A stretch of 41,358 nt of DNA, taken from IMG/VR virus record IMGVR_UViG_2740892232_000004. One strand, 5' to 3'. Shown piece after piece: positions 36,146-41,358 of this stretch (its first letter is position 1; each line of letters opens with the position of its first letter). The stretch comes from a virus. Lineage: Duplodnaviria; Heunggongvirae; Uroviricota; Caudoviricetes. The translations under genes and the position numbers were made by a program. The notes beneath the pieces are model-generated. The model searched no databases. It was given only the letters and a program-made list of their open reading frames with translations, and had not been told where the DNA came from.

Positions 36146-36162
36146 ATTACCCCAACGGTAAC
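36146..36162. repeat. Palindromic motif ATTACCC-CAA-CGGTAAC (copy 10, degenerate)
   Basis: TTACC-N5-GGTAA core; extra AGGTAAC half-site at 36169-36175 overlapping the RBS of the 36181 ORF. Confidence 0.45.
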
Positions 36163-36180
36163 AGACCGAGGTAACAAGTT

Positions 36181-36333
36181 ATGCAGTGGAAAATCATCAA
36201 CGGTTGGTACTGCGTTACTGCATGCGGATTCATGAGCTGGAAGTTCCGCACCTTACAGGAAGGCATTAAGTGGGCTTTCGTCAGCAAAGAAGCTCGCGAT
36301 GTAGCCAACGATAACGAGATATGGGAGGGCTGA
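36181..36333 (+). CDS. Small protein (50 aa), first gene of the early recombination operon
   Basis: GAGGT RBS; W/C-containing; below track cutoff. Confidence 0.4.
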   Translation: MQWKIINGWYCVTACGFMSWKFRTLQEGIKWAFVSKEARDVANDNEIWEG

Positions 36334-36335
36334 TA

Positions 36336-36635
36336 ATGAACGTTAATCAGCAGAAAAATCTTCAAAAAATCATGCTGGCATTCGACAAGGACTACCGCCT
36401 GTCAGAACAGCTATATGACCGACAAGTTGAACTGATTGAGAGCATCCGACTTCATCAACTGTCCTCAACTTTCGACGTTGTAACAGGCAAAGGCGTTCGT
36501 CAGGAAGTGCTGGAGGCTGCTAAAGACAGCCCTGAGTTCGAAGAACTGATGGATGCCTACCGGCGCGAGGCAATGGCAATTATAGCGCGCTGGGATCTGG
36601 CGGATCAGCTTGATGGGCAGAGGGACGCGGCATGA
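36336..36635 (+). CDS. Hypothetical early protein (99 aa)
   Basis: GGGAGGG RBS 6 nt before ATG; precedes the exonuclease gene. Confidence 0.55.
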   Translation: MNVNQQKNLQKIMLAFDKDYRLSEQLYDRQVELIESIRLHQLSSTFDVVTGKGVRQEVLEAAKDSPEFEELMDAYRREAMAIIARWDLADQLDGQRDAA

Positions 36636-37531
36636 TGCGGAACGCTGGAATCATGGATAGAACAAAATACATCGGAGGAAGCGATGTTGCAGGGATTCTT
36701 GGAATTAGCCCATGGCGCACCCCGCTTGAGGTTTATCTGGATAAGGTCCAGCCACGTGTCAAACCAGTAGACCCAAGCAAGCAGAAAGTTTTCACGCGTG
36801 GCCAGCGTATGGAGCCATACGTAATAGACCTGCTTTCTGAGGAAACAGGGATGGAAATCGTTCATCGCGGAAACCGCTATATCCACCGTGATTACGATTT
36901 TATTGCAGCTGAGATCGATGCAGAAGCAGCGTCAGGCGAGAACATTGAGATCAAAACAGTTAGTCCGTTCAAAGCCAAAGAATGGGGAGAAATCCAGACA
37001 GATGCAATTCCTGTGCATTACACGGCCCAGGCCATGCACGGGTTGATGGTTACAAACAAACAGGTATGCGTTTTCGGTGTGCTTATCGGTGGCGACGACT
37101 TCCGAATCTATCGGGTTGAGCGTGATGAAGAAACTATCCAGGCGATCTTAGAAAAAGAAATCGCTTTCTGGGACCGAGTGAAAAATCTTAACCCGCCGGA
37201 AGCTACCAGCGTAAGCGATGTATCGCTGATGTTTGAGAAAGATGCCGGGACAAGTATCGAGGCTGACGGAAAGGCACTCGCACTATTCAACGATCTACGA
37301 GACATGAAATCACGCAGAAAATCACTGGAAGAAGAAATAGCTATATCAGAAGAGAAGCTGAAGATGTACATGCAAGAGCACTCAGTCCTGACCCTGGACG
37401 GAAAGCCGCTCTGCACATGGAAATCTCAGATCAGCAACAGATTCGACCAGAAGCTATTCCAGTCAGTACACCCTGAGTTATTCGAAAAATTCAAAACAAC
37501 AACGACACAACGCGTCTTCAGAATGAAGTAA
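36632..37531 (+). CDS. YqaJ-like (lambda Exo-type) recombination exonuclease
   Basis: Motifs GGSDVAGILG, …EIK…; adjacent to recT; ATGA overlap with upstream gene. Confidence 0.8.
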   Translation: MMRNAGIMDRTKYIGGSDVAGILGISPWRTPLEVYLDKVQPRVKPVDPSKQKVFTRGQRMEPYVIDLLSEETGMEIVHRGNRYIHRDYDFIAAEIDAEAASGENIEIKTVSPFKAKEWGEIQTDAIPVHYTAQAMHGLMVTNKQVCVFGVLIGGDDFRIYRVERDEETIQAILEKEIAFWDRVKNLNPPEATSVSDVSLMFEKDAGTSIEADGKALALFNDLRDMKSRRKSLEEEIAISEEKLKMYMQEHSVLTLDGKPLCTWKSQISNRFDQKLFQSVHPELFEKFKTTTTQRVFRMK

Positions 37532-37540
37532 GGAGAAAAA

Positions 37541-38563
37541 ATGTCTATCAATGCACTTAAGGCAGCGGCTACCGGTAACCAAGTTGCACATCATAATGAG
37601 AAACCAACAACTCTGGCCGGACTTCTGGCAGACCCAAAAATTAAAGCTCAGATGGCTTTGGCACTTCCAAAGCACATGACAGCAGACCGTCTGGCGCGCA
37701 TAGCAACCACAGAGATCAGAAAGGTTCCAAAACTTGCATCATGCGACCAAGCCAGCTTCCTGGGGGCAATTATGCAATGTGCCCAATTGGGTCTTGAACC
37801 AGGCGGAGCTCTTGGACACGCTTACCTGATACCGTTCGACAAACGCCAGAAAGTAAATGGAAGATGGGAAACCGTATCTACAGAAGCACAGCTGATTATC
37901 GGCTATCGCGGAATGATTGACCTTGCCCGCCGCTCTGGGCAGATCCTGAGTATCTCGGCTCGTACCGTACATACAAACGACAAATTCAGCTACTCATACG
38001 GCCTGGAAGAAACGCTCGAGCATTTACCTTGCGAAACAGGTGACCGCGGAGAATTAACGCACGTTTACGCCGTTGCACGACTGAAAGATGGCGGAGTCCA
38101 ATTTGAAGTTATGAGCCGGGCAGACGTTGAGAAAGTTCGTGCACTGAGCAAAGCCGGTAGCAGTGGCCCATGGGTTGATCACTTCGATGAGATGGCTAAA
38201 AAAACAGTAATTCGCCGACTGTTCAAATATCTTCCTGTTTCTATTGAAATGCAGAAGGCTGTTGTTATGGATGAGCGCGCTGAAGCTGGACTTAGCCAAG
38301 ATAACGCAGCTGTTATCACTGGTGAATATTCCGTAGTTGACGATGAGCGTCAACACCTGTCGCCAATTTCAGATTCAGAACGAGAAGAAGCTCGAGAATA
38401 TATCATCGCGATACTTAATAGCCTGGATCCATCTGCTGAAGATGCAAAAACGATGTTCAAGCGCGCTGAAAATGAAATTAACACCATGGCTGAAAAGCTC
38501 GGTGATGAATATCACCAAAAATTCATGATGACGCTTAACGATATGCGTCCAGAATTCGAGTAA
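37541..38563 (+). CDS. recT: RecT-family single-strand annealing protein
   Basis: Blocks ALPKHMTADRLARIATTEIRKVP, IIGYRGMIDLARRSGQI, THVYAVARLKDGG, IRRLFKYLPVSIE match RecT as I recall it. Confidence 0.85.
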   Translation: MSINALKAAATGNQVAHHNEKPTTLAGLLADPKIKAQMALALPKHMTADRLARIATTEIRKVPKLASCDQASFLGAIMQCAQLGLEPGGALGHAYLIPFDKRQKVNGRWETVSTEAQLIIGYRGMIDLARRSGQILSISARTVHTNDKFSYSYGLEETLEHLPCETGDRGELTHVYAVARLKDGGVQFEVMSRADVEKVRALSKAGSSGPWVDHFDEMAKKTVIRRLFKYLPVSIEMQKAVVMDERAEAGLSQDNAAVITGEYSVVDDERQHLSPISDSEREEAREYIIAILNSLDPSAEDAKTMFKRAENEINTMAEKLGDEYHQKFMMTLNDMRPEFE

Positions 38564-38612
38564 CCACCACCGCGGCGCCACGTGCGCCGCACTGCAACCA
38601 AGAGAGGTATTC

Positions 38613-38861
38613 ATGAAAGGTGCATTAGGTAAGAAAGAACTCCTGGCGGTGGTGCCACTGTCATGGAGCACTATCGACCGTATGGAGCGCGCAGGGGAAT
38701 TTCCTAAACGCTGGTATATCACCGATAAACGCTGCGCATGGAACCGTGATGAAGTTGAGCGTTGGCTTGATGAACGTCAGGCAGCAAGCCCGGCAGAGTT
38801 CCAGGGTAAAAAGCCTCCTGTTCAGCAACGTGTATATCGTCCCGTGAGCAACGCTGCATGA
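38613..38861 (+). CDS. AlpA/excisionase-like small DNA-binding protein
   Basis: 82 aa; …LSWSTIDRMERAGEFPKRW…WNRDEVERWL pattern typical of AlpA/Xis family. Confidence 0.6.
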   Translation: MKGALGKKELLAVVPLSWSTIDRMERAGEFPKRWYITDKRCAWNRDEVERWLDERQAASPAEFQGKKPPVQQRVYRPVSNAA

Positions 38862-38970
38862 GTGCGCTGCTAAGGCACTGGAGCAAATGGTCAGGATGGT
38901 ACTTATTCCTGGCCTCTGTTTCAGCATGGCTTTATCTGCTGGCATTAATTTTCAGAGAGGGTTGGATTAA

Positions 38971-39270
38971 GTGAGAAAGTTAAGCCGACTTGAAAAATAT
39001 CACATGAATAAGGTTTCAATGCGCAGTCCGTCAAAGATTGTCGCCGTTACTCCTGCGGCGATAGAGATCGAAAAACGCGCGATTGAAAGAGAGAAAAAAG
39101 GGCAATTCCGCATTGCCGCTCACCTTTGGCTTCAGTGTATGGATGTTGCTTCTGGTGATGTTGAACGTGCAAGGATCGCGGTTCGCAGGGACCAATGTAT
39201 CACAAAAGGTAACGGCCTTCGCCGTGGCGACTATAGCGGCATAGGATGTTGTGGGGTGGTTTATGACTAA
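38971..39270 (+). CDS. Small regulator-like protein (possible PerC-family)
   Basis: …FRIAAHLWLQCMDVASGDVERARIAVRRDQC resembles PerC-like proteins from memory; start uncertain (GTG 38971 or ATG 39004). Confidence 0.4.
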   Translation: MRKLSRLEKYHMNKVSMRSPSKIVAVTPAAIEIEKRAIEREKKGQFRIAAHLWLQCMDVASGDVERARIAVRRDQCITKGNGLRRGDYSGIGCCGVVYD

Positions 39271-39913
39271 GAAATACACACTAATCTATGCAGATCCACC
39301 CTGGGTATACCGGGACAAAGCCGCAGATGGTAATCGCGGTGCCGGTTTTAAATATCCGGTTATGAGTGTGCTGGATATCTGCCGCCTTCCTGTGTGGGAT
39401 TTGGCCGATGAAAACTGTCTGTTGGCCATGTGGTGGGTGCCAACACAACCACTCGAAGCACTAAAAGTTGTTGAAGCCTGGGGATTCCGTCTGATGACGA
39501 TGAAGGGCTTCACGTGGATAAAATGTGGTAGTCGACAACCAGATAAACTGGTTATGGGTATGGGACACATGACTCGCGCCAATAGTGAAGATTGCCTGTT
39601 TGCGGTAAAGGGAAAACTACCTACGCGCATTAATGCAGGGATCGTTCAGTCATTTACCGCACCGCGGCTTGAGCATTCAAGAAAGCCAGATATCGTTCGT
39701 GAAAAACTTGTGCAATTATTAGGCGATATTTCTCGCATTGAACTGTTCGCCCGCCAGACGTCTCATGGCTTTGATGTTTGGGGTAATCAGTGCGAAGACC
39801 CGGCAGTGCAACTACACCCTGGATACGCGTTGGATATTGGCGGATTAACAAATGCATTCAGCAATGCTCCGCTGTCACCAACAGACATCCAGGGGCGGGA
39901 GCGTGCTGCATGA
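39263..39913 (+). CDS. Orphan DNA N6-adenine methyltransferase (MT-A70-like)
   Basis: Catalytic DPPW motif in LIYADPPWVY near N-terminus; no adjacent restriction endonuclease gene. Confidence 0.75.
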   Translation: MTKKYTLIYADPPWVYRDKAADGNRGAGFKYPVMSVLDICRLPVWDLADENCLLAMWWVPTQPLEALKVVEAWGFRLMTMKGFTWIKCGSRQPDKLVMGMGHMTRANSEDCLFAVKGKLPTRINAGIVQSFTAPRLEHSRKPDIVREKLVQLLGDISRIELFARQTSHGFDVWGNQCEDPAVQLHPGYALDIGGLTNAFSNAPLSPTDIQGRERAA

Positions 39914-40104
39914 ACAGGGCATCACCAGCAGATTTAAGAAAATGCCTTGAAACTGCAAACATGCTTGCACACAGCGGGATCAGGTTTGTTCCAATTCCCG
40001 CTGTCACTGATGCTGAATTTGCAACACTGTCAGCAATATTCGAAAACAAAATTGAATCACTGGCAGCAGAAGCAGAGATGGAAGAAAATCAGCAGAACTA
40101 TTAA
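39910..40104 (+). CDS. Hypothetical small protein (64 aa)
   Basis: ATGA overlap with methyltransferase stop; convergent with integrase. Confidence 0.45.
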   Translation: MNRASPADLRKCLETANMLAHSGIRFVPIPAVTDAEFATLSAIFENKIESLAAEAEMEENQQNY

Positions 40105-40107
40105 ACG

Positions 40108-41358
40108 TTATTCCCCCGCCATCCACTTCTCAAACTTCGACGGGGAGAACGGAATCAGATCCGTATGCTCCCCGTCAATCCATGAATCAATCATATCGGC
40201 CCACTGCTGCAACATGTAGGCGCGCTGTCTGGCGTATTCCGCTTTGTTATATACGGCGCGCACACCTTTCTGCTCATGTGCCAGAGCCTTTTCAATCCAG
40301 TCTGAAGGATAACCAGCCTCATGCAACAACGTACTGGCTGTACGGCGCATATCATGTACAGTGAAGTCCTGAATATGCTCACCATCTTCATTTATTATTT
40401 TCACCGTTCTGTCGATCAGAGAGTTCAGCGCGGCATTAGATAATGGCTTCCGGAAATTGTAACGACCAGGAACCAGATATTCACTTCCACCAGCGCACAT
40501 CTGCAACCCGACCAATATATCCTGTGCCTGTTTAGGCAGGTAAATAACGTGCGCCCGGCTTCCCTTCATGCGGTCTGGAGGAATTGTCCATGTCCATTTT
40601 TTAAAATCTATTTCATCCCACGTTGCATTGGTGAATTCGCCCTTACGAACCATAGTGATAAGCACCAGTTTTAAAGCCATTTTCATAGTGCCCATAGCAC
40701 CAATGGCATCCAGCGTGCGGAAGAACAGGCCAATTTCTTCTGGTGCCAGTGTTCGCTCTCGTGGTTTAAATATGGCGATAGACGAAGGTTTAATGTCAGC
40801 CGCAGGATTAAACAAACCATGACCACGGTCATTGGCGTGACGGTATACGCTACTGATGATCTCCCTGGCCTGCACTGCTGTTGCCCGGCCACCGCGTTCG
40901 ACAATCCGGTCACACAAATCACGAACCATCGATGTGGTAATTTCAGCCATCATTTTATTGCCAAGAACCGGAAGTATGTCACGGTCGATCACCGCCTGTT
41001 TCATTGCGCGGGTACTGTCAGCCAGGATGACGTGTTTCATATAACTGTCGGTATGTACCGCAAACGTCTCGGCACCACGAATCTTTTTGATACCGTCACG
41101 TTTAGCCGCAGCCGGTGACTGGCCTGCTTTAAGCAGCTTCTTTGCAGCAATCAGTTCTTCTCGCGCTTCTGCCAGGCTGATACCGTCACGCCCATACTGC
41201 CCGATTACCAGTGTTTCGCGGCGACCGTTGATACGGTAGTCATAGCGAAACGAGACCGTGCCTGACGTAAGCACAGCTACATACAGCCCGTCACGATCGG
41301 AGACCTTGTACAGTTTGTCCTGCGGCTTGAGGTTTTTTAATTTTGTATCGGTAAGCAC
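40108..41358 (-). CDS. Tyrosine integrase with N-terminal arm-binding domain; 5' end beyond window
   Basis: N-terminal …LTDTKLKNLKP…LYKVSDRDGLYVAV… and C-terminal catalytic region (…HDMRRTAS…; LAHE…); ORF runs to the window edge. Confidence 0.85.
   Translation of the reverse strand: MLTDTKLKNLKPQDKLYKVSDRDGLYVAVLTSGTVSFRYDYRINGRRETLVIGQYGRDGISLAEAREELIAAKKLLKAGQSPAAAKRDGIKKIRGAETFAVHTDSYMKHVILADSTRAMKQAVIDRDILPVLGNKMMAEITTSMVRDLCDRIVERGGRATAVQAREIISSVYRHANDRGHGLFNPAADIKPSSIAIFKPRERTLAPEEIGLFFRTLDAIGAMGTMKMALKLVLITMVRKGEFTNATWDEIDFKKWTWTIPPDRMKGSRAHVIYLPKQAQDILVGLQMCAGGSEYLVPGRYNFRKPLSNAALNSLIDRTVKIINEDGEHIQDFTVHDMRRTASTLLHEAGYPSDWIEKALAHEQKGVRAVYNKAEYARQRAYMLQQWADMIDSWIDGEHTDLIPFSPSKFEKWMAGE

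Larger units (their letters stand above)
1143..41358. mobile_element. Temperate podovirus-like prophage with lambda-like early region; right end (integrase 5' end, att) lies beyond the window, left boundary uncertain
   Basis: Contiguous phage modules: lysis, tailspike, virion, portal, terminase, replication O/P, cro/cI, recombination, integrase. Integrase ORF runs off the window edge. Confidence 0.8.

Noticed and set aside
1-41358. CRISPR arrays, rRNA genes, insertion sequences
   Set aside because: No regularly spaced direct repeats with unique spacers, no rRNA-like conserved stretches and no transposase-like ORFs with terminal inverted repeats were seen.

Overview
This window is almost entirely one temperate phage (prophage) genome with a mosaic make-up: a lambda-like immunity/replication/recombination region (Cro-like, CI-like repressor, O/P replication proteins, YqaJ exonuclease plus RecT, orphan adenine methyltransferase, tyrosine integrase truncated at the right edge) joined to a podovirus-type morphogenesis module on the minus strand (terminase small/large, portal, scaffold, major capsid, tail tubular A/B-like proteins, four large internal virion/ejection proteins, a 1039-aa tailspike), followed by a lysis cassette (holin, second membrane protein, GH19-type endolysin, Rz with embedded Rz1). 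Gene order and the endolysin resemble what I recall of epsilon15/phiV10-type phages, but this is unverified. A phage-borne tRNA-Arg(UCU) sits on the plus strand between terminase and portal. An accessory island (6.5-9.9 kb) between the internal virion genes and the tailspike carries a LexA-box-controlled small antirepressor candidate, a BRO-N paralogue sharing its C-terminal domain, a membrane-anchored tandem zinc-ribbon protein and an AT-rich two-gene moron. Two repeated palindromes stand out: TTACC-N5-GGTAA (12 or more copies at operon starts, including between cro and cI) and GTGACATGTCAC (3 perfect copies around the late operon). No CRISPR array or rRNA was seen. All calls rest on reading the sequence and translations by eye; no database search was run.
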